This document shows positions 55,745 to 63,509 of a DNA stretch of 64,000 bases, in pieces; the first letter of the stretch is position 1, and each line of letters opens with the position of its first letter. Origin of the DNA: Bacteroidota bacterium (lineage in GTDB: Bacteria > Bacteroidota > Bacteroidia > NS11-12g > UBA955); the NCBI GenBank assembly GCA_018333525.1, contig JAGXTF010000013.1, positions 24,912 to 88,911 of the forward strand. The letters are read 5' to 3'. A model generated the notes under the pieces. The model ran no database searches and was not told the DNA's origin. It was given only the letters and a program-made list of their open reading frames with translations. Position numbers and translations under genes: made by a program.

Positions 55745-56397
55745 TGAAACATGTGTTCATTTTAATTATTGGCATTTCACTTTTTTCCTGCAATCCCTTT
55801 CCAAAGTCGCAAGATCTTATCCCTGACAGCGATTCAAAACGTTCAGGTGCAGAGAAAATACCTGTAAATCCCAATGACACTACATTCGCTCTGGTGAGGT
55901 ATTCCGAGGATGGATATTTACCTGCCGGAATTTATTTGGTAGATGACACTTATGCAAATACCTCCCGTCACAGAGCTTATCGGGATATTTCTACATTTCT
56001 AATTCCGGAAACTGCCGTAAACGCTGCTAATTTCATATCCTATTATGCAGTACCCGGTGATTCCGGTGTGGATTTGGAAATTATTTTGAGTCAGAAAGGT
56101 AAAAACGAGCTAAAACGCGCAATGTACTTGGCATCTCAGGCAAAATATCACGGAAAGTATCTCGCCTTTGTTTATGAAAATAAAACGGCAAATTTATTGA
56201 ATGAAAAAAATATAACAGGTAATTATAATATTCGGATTTCCGGTACATTTACCAAGCAGGAATTGGAAATTTTTGTGAAGGCTTTAAGCAGTGAAATTAA
56301 CTATGGAAAGCTCCACCCGAACCTGGTTGAAAAATTTAGAGATCCGCAGTATTATATGGAATATATTGAAGCCCGCCGGGCTATTAAATTAAAGTAG
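55744..56397 (+). CDS. Lipoprotein of unknown function, translationally coupled to the GT-C gene
   Basis: Lipobox MKHVFILIIGISLFSC. The ATG overlaps the upstream TAA (TAATG). Confidence 0.65.
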   Translation: MKHVFILIIGISLFSCNPFPKSQDLIPDSDSKRSGAEKIPVNPNDTTFALVRYSEDGYLPAGIYLVDDTYANTSRHRAYRDISTFLIPETAVNAANFISYYAVPGDSGVDLEIILSQKGKNELKRAMYLASQAKYHGKYLAFVYENKTANLLNEKNITGNYNIRISGTFTKQELEIFVKALSSEINYGKLHPNLVEKFRDPQYYMEYIEARRAIKLK

Positions 56398-57229
56398 ATA
56401 ATTCGCCGGAATTTATAATGTTGTAATTCCCTTTTTCATTTATAGCAACATTTGCACATTCCACTACCCTGTCGTGTTCAAAAAATAAAATAGCATTCTG
56501 CTCTACCGCCCATTGGTTAAAATGCGCTTTTTCTTCCATACTGCGCAGGGGTTCAATATCATAAGCCATTACATAATTCAATGGTACATGCGCGGATGAT
56601 GGATATAAATCTGCACCGTATAATATATATTTATCCTGATAGTGAATTTCAGGACAAATCATGGAAATGGTATGCCCATTGACCATTCTGCAAATAAAAT
56701 TATCAGTAAGCTTTTCATCTGGTTTTACAAAATTCAGCACTTTATTTTCCATCAATGAGATATAATTCTCCGGCAAAAAACTCGGTTTTTCTCTTGGATT
56801 TGGATTGTTTGCATGTAGCCAATGGGTCTCACTCAAATGGTAAGTTGCATTTGGGAAGGCAGGCTCATACCCTGTTCTCGCTTTGTTCCATCTCACGGCA
56901 CCACCCACATGGTCGAAATGTAAATGCGTCAGGAGCACATCGGTTATATCTGCAAATTCCAAACCTATTTGATTCAAAGAATGTTGCAGAGAATCGGTTC
57001 CATTTAAATAATAAAACCCGAAAAACTTATCGCTTTGTTTGTCACCAATTCCGGTATCAACCAATATTTTTCTATTCCCATCTTCTACCAATAAACAGCG
57101 CATTGCCCAATTGCACATATTGTTTTCATCAGCCGGATTCAGGCGACTCCAAATGCTTTTTGGAACAACGCCAAACATGGCACCTCCATCGAGTTTAAAA
57201 TATCCGGTATTAATTGTATGAAGTTTCAT
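56384..57229 (-). CDS. MBL-fold metallo-hydrolase
   Basis: HxHxDH motif (LLTHLHFDHVGG). Confidence 0.85.
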   Translation of the reverse strand: MKLHTINTGYFKLDGGAMFGVVPKSIWSRLNPADENNMCNWAMRCLLVEDGNRKILVDTGIGDKQSDKFFGFYYLNGTDSLQHSLNQIGLEFADITDVLLTHLHFDHVGGAVRWNKARTGYEPAFPNATYHLSETHWLHANNPNPREKPSFLPENYISLMENKVLNFVKPDEKLTDNFICRMVNGHTISMICPEIHYQDKYILYGADLYPSSAHVPLNYVMAYDIEPLRSMEEKAHFNQWAVEQNAILFFEHDRVVECANVAINEKGNYNIINSGELSTLI

Positions 57230-57259
57230 GGTAGGTATTGGTAGAGGGCTGATTCCTGA

Positions 57260-58024
57260 TTAAAAGTCACCATATACGTCAGTAAGTGCTTCATAACCTG
57301 TTTCTGTTATCAGAATAGTATGTTCAAATTGAGCGCTTAATTTCCCGTCAATAGTTCTGGCAGTCCAGCCGTCTTTCCTGTCCACTTTTGCCCGGGCTTT
57401 ACCGGCATTTATCATGGGTTCAATGGTAAATATCATTCCCGGTTTAAGTACGGGGCCGGTATTTTTATCGGCTATATGCGATACTTCAGGATCTTCATGA
57501 AATTTCACTCCAACTCCGTGTCCACAAAACTCATATACGACGCTGTACCCATGTTTATGTGCATGTTCGGCTATGTGATATCCTATATTCCCTAATTGGT
57601 TTCCCGGAAAACACTGCTCCATGCCTTTATGAAGGCATTCTTTGGCAACATCCACCAGTTTTTTTGCATATTCACTTACTTCACCTACCAGATACATTCG
57701 GCATGTATCACCAAAAAAGCCATTTAGAATGGTGGTTACGTCTACATTTACAATATCTCCGTGCTGTATTTCATATTCGCCTGGAACACCATGACAAATC
57801 ACATCATTTGGTGAAATACAGGTGGCGTGTTTATATCCTTTATAACCCTTGGTAGCGGGAATAGCACCATTTGCACGGACAAATTCTTCTGCAATTCTAT
57901 CTATCTCTATAGTTTTTACACCAGGTTTGATATATGATTCCAGATGTTTTAAAGTGCGCGCCGCCAAATGTCCGCTTTTGCGAATACCGTCAATTTGTTC
58001 GGGGGTTTTGATAATTATGGCCAA
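57260..58024 (-). CDS. map: Type I methionine aminopeptidase
   Basis: Pita-bread fold metal ligands (DIVNVDVT, FCGHGVG, FTIEP, QFEHT). Only a TTG start gives the normal N-terminus (M)AIIIKTPEQI. Confidence 0.94.
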   Translation of the reverse strand: MAIIIKTPEQIDGIRKSGHLAARTLKHLESYIKPGVKTIEIDRIAEEFVRANGAIPATKGYKGYKHATCISPNDVICHGVPGEYEIQHGDIVNVDVTTILNGFFGDTCRMYLVGEVSEYAKKLVDVAKECLHKGMEQCFPGNQLGNIGYHIAEHAHKHGYSVVYEFCGHGVGVKFHEDPEVSHIADKNTGPVLKPGMIFTIEPMINAGKARAKVDRKDGWTARTIDGKLSAQFEHTILITETGYEALTDVYGDF

Positions 58025-58029
58025 GGCTG

Positions 58030-58037
58030 CAAAGTTA
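58030..58037 (-). promoter_or_regulatory. -7 box TAACTTTG, 5 nt upstream of the map TTG start
   Basis: Exact TAnnTTTG match on the minus strand. It is embedded in the hairpin GGCTGC-8 nt-GCAGCC (58025-58044). Confidence 0.35.
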
Positions 58038-58096
58038 AGCAGCCGTCTTGAAATTTTTAAACTTCGAAACAGATCGGAATATATTCAATAAACCAC

Positions 58097-58294
58097 CTAA
58101 GCTTGTATGGCCAACCCCCTCAAAATTTGTGAAAGTTCCCGTATGGAATAAAGATCAAAATCGTCGTCAAACAGGTCCTGATCATCAGGCTCATCTTCAG
58201 GCAACCCCGTCTTGCATATTCCACAAACCAATGTGGAATGTATCACATAAAATGCGGCAGTGGAGCCACAGAAATTACATATCATTGTTTTCAT
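58097..58294 (-). CDS. 65-aa zinc-ribbon mini-protein with an acidic C-terminal tail (paralogue A)
   Basis: MKTMICNFCGSTAAFYVIHSTLVCGICKTG followed by PEDEPDDQDLFDDDFDLY. Shares CxxCG-x8-HS-x3-CxxCK spacing with the next gene. Confidence 0.5.
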   Translation of the reverse strand: MKTMICNFCGSTAAFYVIHSTLVCGICKTGLPEDEPDDQDLFDDDFDLYSIRELSQILRGLAIQA

Positions 58295-58358
58295 TATCCA
58301 AAGTTGCCATTGTCCTGTCGTGGCACATGCACATTAAGTCAACATCACAATTTCTTAA

Positions 58359-58562
58359 CTATTCGTTTTCATCGGATGTCTTTTTGCCGGAGTCTTTATT
58401 GTTTTTTTGGGTCGAATTCCCAGTGTCTTCATCATTGGATTCCTCCATGTTTTCTCCTTCACAACAAGGGGCTATATTGTTTTTACAGCGTGGACATTGG
58501 TAATGGCTATGTACAAATACCATTTCGCCGAAATAACCACAGTATCCGCAAAACATTTCCAT
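58359..58562 (-). CDS. 67-aa zinc-ribbon mini-protein with an acidic C-terminal tail (paralogue B)
   Basis: MEMFCGYCGYFGEMVFVHSHYQCPRCKNN followed by EGENMEESNDEDTG... Start set at ATG 58562, which has a -7 box 5 nt upstream. Confidence 0.55.
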   Translation of the reverse strand: MEMFCGYCGYFGEMVFVHSHYQCPRCKNNIAPCCEGENMEESNDEDTGNSTQKNNKDSGKKTSDENE

Positions 58563-58567
58563 TGTAA

Positions 58568-58575
58568 CAAAATTA
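58568..58575 (-). promoter_or_regulatory. -7 box TAATTTTG, 5 nt upstream of ATG 58562
   Basis: Exact TAnnTTTG match on the minus strand. Reads TAATTTTG-TTACA-ATG. Confidence 0.5.
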
Positions 58576-58607
58576 CATAATTCATCGTCAATCCTGTACT
58601 TTGCAAT

Positions 58608-59594
58608 ATGTTCAGACGAATTACAATCTTTATCCTTATTGCAATTGCCTTTCTCCATTCTTTACCTGGGCAGCCTTACAAAAATCTGGTGATGGAAGGG
58701 GGCGGAATTCGGGGTATTGCATATGCCGGCGCAATAGGAGTTTTGGATACTTTTGGTATCTTAAAATCCATTGAGAATGTAGCAGGGACTTCAGCAGGGG
58801 CTATTCAGGGAATGGGTATTGCCGTTGGTTATAATTCCTCCGAAATGAAAACCATTATGCAGGAGGTAAAATGGGAACACCTCAATGATGGATCTCTGGT
58901 ATTTCTCGGTGGTTCCATGAGGATGATTCAGAATTATGGCTGGTATCCGGGTATGGCTTTGCGAGGCTGGGCAGATGATATTTTATTTCAGAAAACGGGC
59001 ATTCACAATCTTACTTTTTTTCAATTGGATAGTTTGAAAAAAACACATTCCGAAATGAAAAACCTTTTTGTAATTGCCAGCAATCTCACTCTACAAAAAC
59101 CAATCGAACTTTCCTTCCGTACCTATCCCAAAATGTGTATTTCTGATGCCATAAATGCCAGCGCAGCAATTCCACTATATTATGAGCCTGTTATTATCAA
59201 TTCACAGGGTAAAAGGATGGAGAAAAACAAAGCGGATAGCAGCTGTTATTACCTCGTGGATGGAGGATTACTCGCCAATTATCCCTATTTTATATTTGAC
59301 TCCTTACCGGGTAAAACTCTGGGATTGATGCTTGACAGACCAGATCAGCTGGAACGCTCTTCTAATGGTCAGGCCGACTTTCCAATTCGCAATATTTCTG
59401 ATTTTTCTGAAGCCTGTTATAACTCGGTTTTGGAAATGCAAACCAAAAGAATTTGGACACCGGTTATGGAAAAAAATACCGTTAGGATAAGTGTTGGAAA
59501 TATAGGTCCCAGAATTCGAAAAATGAAGAAAGAAGAAGTAGAAATGCTGGTAAATAATGGCAGAGTGGCTACTTTAAAATTCCTGCATCATTAA
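58608..59594 (+). CDS. Patatin-like phospholipase with an N-terminal signal/anchor
   Basis: GGGxRG (MEGGGIRGIAYAG), GxSxG (AGTSAGA) and a catalytic Asp context (YLVDGGLLANYP). Hydrophobic N-terminus MFRRITIFILIAIAFLHS. Confidence 0.9.
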   Translation: MFRRITIFILIAIAFLHSLPGQPYKNLVMEGGGIRGIAYAGAIGVLDTFGILKSIENVAGTSAGAIQGMGIAVGYNSSEMKTIMQEVKWEHLNDGSLVFLGGSMRMIQNYGWYPGMALRGWADDILFQKTGIHNLTFFQLDSLKKTHSEMKNLFVIASNLTLQKPIELSFRTYPKMCISDAINASAAIPLYYEPVIINSQGKRMEKNKADSSCYYLVDGGLLANYPYFIFDSLPGKTLGLMLDRPDQLERSSNGQADFPIRNISDFSEACYNSVLEMQTKRIWTPVMEKNTVRISVGNIGPRIRKMKKEEVEMLVNNGRVATLKFLHH

Positions 59595-60376
59595 AAGTTA
59601 TTCTTGTGAATTTGTGAAAAATAGTCTGGAGCCTGCAGCAATCTGCTTCCATACCAACTAAACATCTCTCCATCTACCAGTAAAACTTTTGTTTCAGGTA
59701 AAATAGACTTCAATTCAGCAATGTGTTTTTCCTGAAACGGATATGGTTCAGAAGAAAGCAATACAAATTCCGGGTTTAATGATTCCATTTCATTCAAATT
59801 CAATTCCGGGTATCGGGAATTCTCATCCTGTATTGCGTTTTCAAATCCGGCAAATGGAAGCATTGCATTGATAAAGGTATCTCTGCCTGCTGCCATCCAC
59901 GGTTCCCGCCAAATTAAATAAAGTGCTTTACGGGGAGATTTGGATAATTCAAGAGATTCAAATTTGATTTTAATTTTATGTATCCATTCAGAAGCTATAC
60001 CTTCTTTTCCAAATATTTCACCGATGGTTTTCATCATCCCATATGCACCCTCTATGGTTTTGATATCGCTGATCCATACCGGGTATTCCATTTCCAGTTC
60101 TTTAATTTGGGATGCTTCATTTTCCTCTTTATTCGCAATTATTATATCAGGTTTTAATTCTCTGATTTTATCCAATAGCAATTTTTTTGTACCTCCTACT
60201 TTTGTAGCTCTTTTGAATTCATTTTCCGGATAAATACAAAAAATAGTTTGTCCTGCAATCCGCTCCCCTAGGCCCAGATCATACAGATATTCGGTTTGGG
60301 AGGGAACAAGAGATACAATCCTTTTTGGAGAAGAATCCAGAAATACTTTTCGTCCCAACTGATCCAAATAAATCAT
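59591..60376 (-). CDS. BtuF/TroA-like helical-backbone metal or cobalamin receptor domain protein, without a signal peptide
   Basis: RIVSLVPSQTEYLYDLGLGERIAG and PDIIIANKE are typical of class III periplasmic binding protein folds. No N-terminal hydrophobic segment. Confidence 0.68.
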   Translation of the reverse strand: MIYLDQLGRKVFLDSSPKRIVSLVPSQTEYLYDLGLGERIAGQTIFCIYPENEFKRATKVGGTKKLLLDKIRELKPDIIIANKEENEASQIKELEMEYPVWISDIKTIEGAYGMMKTIGEIFGKEGIASEWIHKIKIKFESLELSKSPRKALYLIWREPWMAAGRDTFINAMLPFAGFENAIQDENSRYPELNLNEMESLNPEFVLLSSEPYPFQEKHIAELKSILPETKVLLVDGEMFSWYGSRLLQAPDYFSQIHKNNF

Positions 60377-60493
60377 TTTTTTTGGTTTTTATGCCGGAAT
60401 TAAATGAAAGTTGGAGTTGTATTTTTTTAATGCGAATTAATTAGCAGTGCAGATATTTACACAAAAATTGCGAAGGAAAATGAATACAGAATT

Positions 60494-61399
60494 TTATTTT
60501 CCATCGAGAATAATTGGAGTATTCCCTTTACCCATTATCACAATTTTGGAGTTGGGTGATTTTGCAATTTCTAATTGGGCCTTGATGGATTCATATTGCA
60601 ATTGTTGATCTGTTAAGCCAGTATTAATGATTCGCTGATAATCTGCAATCCCTTGCGCTTCTACCCTTTTGCGTTCGGCTTCCTGTTTTTCTTTTTGTAA
60701 AACGAACTGCATTTTTTGAGCTTCCTGTTCTGCGTTAATTTTGCTTTCAATGCTTTCCTTTACAGATTGTGGCAACGAAATATTACGAATCAATAATTGT
60801 TCTAAAACCAAGCCTCTTTTCTTAAAATCAGATTCTATACTGGAAAATATTTTTTGCTGAAATTCATCGCGTTTGGTGGAATAAAGTGCAACTGCATCAT
60901 AGTATACTGCATTGTCCCTAATTTTGGTTCTTGTAACCGGGCGAACAATTTTATCCTGATAGTCTTCCCCGATATGACGCAATAAATCAGGTGTTTCCGA
61001 AGGAATTACGCGAAATAATACAGTAAGATCTACTGTTACTTCCAATCCATCTGCGGTGAGCACTCTTATTGCATCATCCCCTGATTTTGATCCTTCATCG
61101 TGAATTCCGCTCATGGTATAATTCTGAGTGCGGATATCCACTTCGGTTATTTTTAACAGAGGGTTTATCATATGTAACCCGCTGTTTAACTGTTCATTTC
61201 GAATATTTCCAAAAAGACTCGTAACCCCAACATGGCCTATATCCACCTGGCGAAAACAAGATAGTAACCCTCCTAAAATAATAACCCCAAAACCGGCGGC
61301 TCTCACCGGTTTAAAATATTTCTGGGTAATGGACTGGTTGCGTAGTATATAAGCAACCCCTATAAGTAAAATTCCAATTATTATTAATGCAGCAATCAT
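60494..61399 (-). CDS. SPFH/band-7 (prohibitin-HflC-like) membrane protein
   Basis: N-terminal TM, an SPFH core (VTVDLTVLFRV, IRNISLPQSV) and a C-terminal coiled coil (EQEAQKMQFVLQKEKQEAERKRVEAQGIADYQ). Confidence 0.9.
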   Translation of the reverse strand: MIAALIIIGILLIGVAYILRNQSITQKYFKPVRAAGFGVIILGGLLSCFRQVDIGHVGVTSLFGNIRNEQLNSGLHMINPLLKITEVDIRTQNYTMSGIHDEGSKSGDDAIRVLTADGLEVTVDLTVLFRVIPSETPDLLRHIGEDYQDKIVRPVTRTKIRDNAVYYDAVALYSTKRDEFQQKIFSSIESDFKKRGLVLEQLLIRNISLPQSVKESIESKINAEQEAQKMQFVLQKEKQEAERKRVEAQGIADYQRIINTGLTDQQLQYESIKAQLEIAKSPNSKIVIMGKGNTPIILDGK

Positions 61400-61404
61400 T
61401 TATT

Positions 61405-61412
61405 CAAATATA
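61405..61412 (-). promoter_or_regulatory. -7 box TATATTTG, 5 nt upstream of ATG 61399
   Basis: Exact TAnnTTTG match on the minus strand. Reads TATATTTG-AATAA-ATG. Confidence 0.5.
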
Positions 61413-61474
61413 TTCATGAATTCCAAGTGAATTACAGAATACAAATTATATTTTTTGCATTATCCCGGATTCAC

Positions 61475-62845
61475 TTAGGAGCCAAATGCACCTATGATAT
61501 CATATTTCGTAATAATATGCCAATTACCACCTAAATCCATTACCAGAACTGCGCTATTGTCTTTATTTATCAATGCAGATACTTCGTCAATTGGAGTTTC
61601 CGGCTTCACAACCGGAAACGCTTTTTGCATCACTTCTTTTACCGGATGCTGCATCAGTGTGTGATTTTTGAGTAATTGTGCATACAATTCATTATCCGAA
61701 AGTGAACCCACAAACTCTTTGGCATTGTTCACTACCGGAATTTGAGAAACATCATAATTCTGCATTTTTGAAAATGCCTCTTCGCAGGTTTCATCCTCCT
61801 GAATAGTAAGTAAAGGCAAATGCACATGGTCTTTAACCAGATCCAATGCTGAAACTTTAGGAGCAGCCGGCAAAAATCCCCGATCCCTCATCCAGTCATC
61901 ATTAAACATTTTCCCTAAATACCTGGTTCCATGATCGTGAAATATAATTACAACCATATCCCCTTTTTTAAATCTGTCTTTCATTTGCATGAGGCCTGCC
62001 AGTGCAGATCCAGCGCTATTACCAACGAAAATCCCTTCTTCACGGGGAATTCTTCTGGTCATTATAGCAGCATCCTTATCCGTTACTTTTTCGAAATAGT
62101 CAATAATATCAAAATCCACATTCGCAGGAATAAAATCTTCGCCAATTCCTTCTGTGATGTAAGGATAAATTTCGTTTTTATCAAAGATTCCGGTTTCCTT
62201 ATATTTTTTAAATACAGAACCATAAGTATCCACTCCCAAAACTTGTACGGCAGGGTTTTGTTCTTTTAAAAATTTACCGGTTCCACATATCGTTCCGCCT
62301 GTCCCAACACCCACCACCAAATGGGTTACTTTGCCATCAGTCTGTTTCCAAATTTCCGGGCCGGTTTGCTCATAATGTGCGAGGGTATTGCTCAGGTTGT
62401 CATATTGGTTGGGCTTCCATGCATTGGGAATTTCCTTTGCCAGTCGTGTTGAAACAGAATAATAACTTCTTGGATCCTCCGGTTCTACATCCGTTGGACA
62501 AACAATTACTTCAGCACCAAATGCCTTTAGCGCGTCCACTTTTTCTTTGCTTTGTTTGTCTGTAGTAGTGAAAATACATTTGTAACCTTTTAAAACTGCA
62601 GCAATCGCCAGACCCATTCCGGTATTGCCACTGGTTCCTTCAATGATTGTGCCGCCCGGCTTTAGCAAACCATTCTTTTCAGCATCCTCAATCATTTTAA
62701 CCGCCATCCTGTCTTTAATAGAATTGCCCGGATTTACTGTTTCAATTTTCGCATATACTTCACAAGGTAAGTCCTTGGTGATCCGGTTCAGGCGAACCAA
62801 AGGGGTATTGCCAATGGTTTCCAGAATATTCTTGTACACCTGCAT
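61475..62845 (-). CDS. Cystathionine beta-synthase-type PLP enzyme (CysK-fold plus tandem CBS domains)
   Basis: IGNTPLVRLN, NPGNSIKDRMA (PLP Lys), GTSGNTG, and a C-terminal CBS pair. Start placed at ATG 62845 (MQVYKNILE...). Confidence 0.9.
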   Translation of the reverse strand: MQVYKNILETIGNTPLVRLNRITKDLPCEVYAKIETVNPGNSIKDRMAVKMIEDAEKNGLLKPGGTIIEGTSGNTGMGLAIAAVLKGYKCIFTTTDKQSKEKVDALKAFGAEVIVCPTDVEPEDPRSYYSVSTRLAKEIPNAWKPNQYDNLSNTLAHYEQTGPEIWKQTDGKVTHLVVGVGTGGTICGTGKFLKEQNPAVQVLGVDTYGSVFKKYKETGIFDKNEIYPYITEGIGEDFIPANVDFDIIDYFEKVTDKDAAIMTRRIPREEGIFVGNSAGSALAGLMQMKDRFKKGDMVVIIFHDHGTRYLGKMFNDDWMRDRGFLPAAPKVSALDLVKDHVHLPLLTIQEDETCEEAFSKMQNYDVSQIPVVNNAKEFVGSLSDNELYAQLLKNHTLMQHPVKEVMQKAFPVVKPETPIDEVSALINKDNSAVLVMDLGGNWHIITKYDIIGAFGS

Positions 62846-62852
62846 GAGACAA

Positions 62853-62860
62853 CAAAGGTA
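62853..62860 (-). promoter_or_regulatory. -7 box TACCTTTG, 7 nt upstream of ATG 62845
   Basis: Exact TAnnTTTG match on the minus strand. Confidence 0.45.
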
Positions 62861-62964
62861 GCATTCCACGTCATTTGACAAAACCGAACAGAAATTGTAA
62901 TAACTGATAGAATCAGAATATCTTGATATATTTAAATTGTCCCTTATTTCATTAACCAATTATC

Positions 62965-63438
62965 ATGAAAAAACTGACCTTAATCGCAACTATCGCAATT
63001 TGCATCTATTCTTTGGAATCCTGTAAAAAAGACAACACCGGTGGAAGCAGTAACAACAACACTGTTACCAAAACAAAAACCCAATTATTAACTGCCAATA
63101 CCTGGAGGTATAAAGCTCAGTTCTTTGGCATCGCCAATCAAAAACTGGATGATTTCAGTTCCACCATGGATGCATGTTGGTGGGACAATACACTTGTATT
63201 TAACACCAACGGAACATTTGTATTAAATGAAGGGGCCGACCGCTGCACAGGTGAACCTGCAAGTTATTCCGGCAGTTGGGTGTTTTCAAGCGATCAAACC
63301 AAATTAACGACCACCAGTACCCACGATACAACACAATATACCATTCGCTTATTGGACGACAACAATATGGAACTGTCGTCTTTCGATAACTCCGGGTCCA
63401 TTCCATGGGAAGCGAAGGATGTTTACATTAAAAAATAG
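62965..63438 (+). CDS. Small lipoprotein (lipocalin-like beta-barrel suspected)
   Basis: Lipobox LTLIATIAICIYSLESC. Has a W..........F pattern (TANTWRYKAQFF). Confidence 0.6.
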   Translation: MKKLTLIATIAICIYSLESCKKDNTGGSSNNNTVTKTKTQLLTANTWRYKAQFFGIANQKLDDFSSTMDACWWDNTLVFNTNGTFVLNEGADRCTGEPASYSGSWVFSSDQTKLTTTSTHDTTQYTIRLLDDNNMELSSFDNSGSIPWEAKDVYIKK

Positions 63439-63456
63439 AAAACTGTATCTCCCACT

Positions 63457-63486
63457 AAAAAAAAGGCCACATCATGTGGCCTTTTT
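63457..63486. terminator. Bidirectional Rho-independent terminator
   Basis: A-run, GGCCAC-atcat-GTGGCC, then a T-run, between convergent genes. Confidence 0.8.
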
Positions 63487-63509
63487 AAGTTAAAAAAGAA
63501 CAAGAATAA

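Noticed and set aside
58563-58658. Longer 99-aa version of Zn-ribbon protein B, starting at 58658.
   Set aside because: The extension would overlap the patatin start on the opposite strand by about 50 nt. The internal ATG at 58562 has an exact -7 box 5 nt upstream and yields a protein colinear with paralogue A.
58608-59594. Patatin phospholipase as the effector of a CBASS-like or other defence system.
   Set aside because: It has a hydrophobic signal/anchor N-terminus. There is no cyclase, sensor or nucleotide-binding partner nearby. It looks like an ordinary secreted or periplasmic lipase.
60377-60493. Cobalamin riboswitch upstream of the BtuF-like gene. Riboswitches were likewise considered upstream of yhhQ (35433-35449) and the CBS gene (62846-62964).
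   Set aside because: The available leaders are too short (117 nt shared with the upstream gene's 3' end, 17 nt, and about 7 nt after the promoter box). No conserved riboswitch core sequence is visible.
62846-62959. N-terminal 38-aa extension of the cystathionine beta-synthase ORF. Similar track extensions occur at 4727, 14803, 30964, 37965, 45732 and 52865.
   Set aside because: The extensions are Cys/Phe-rich or otherwise atypical. Internal ATGs restore canonical N-termini, and several have promoter boxes that lie inside the supposed extensions.
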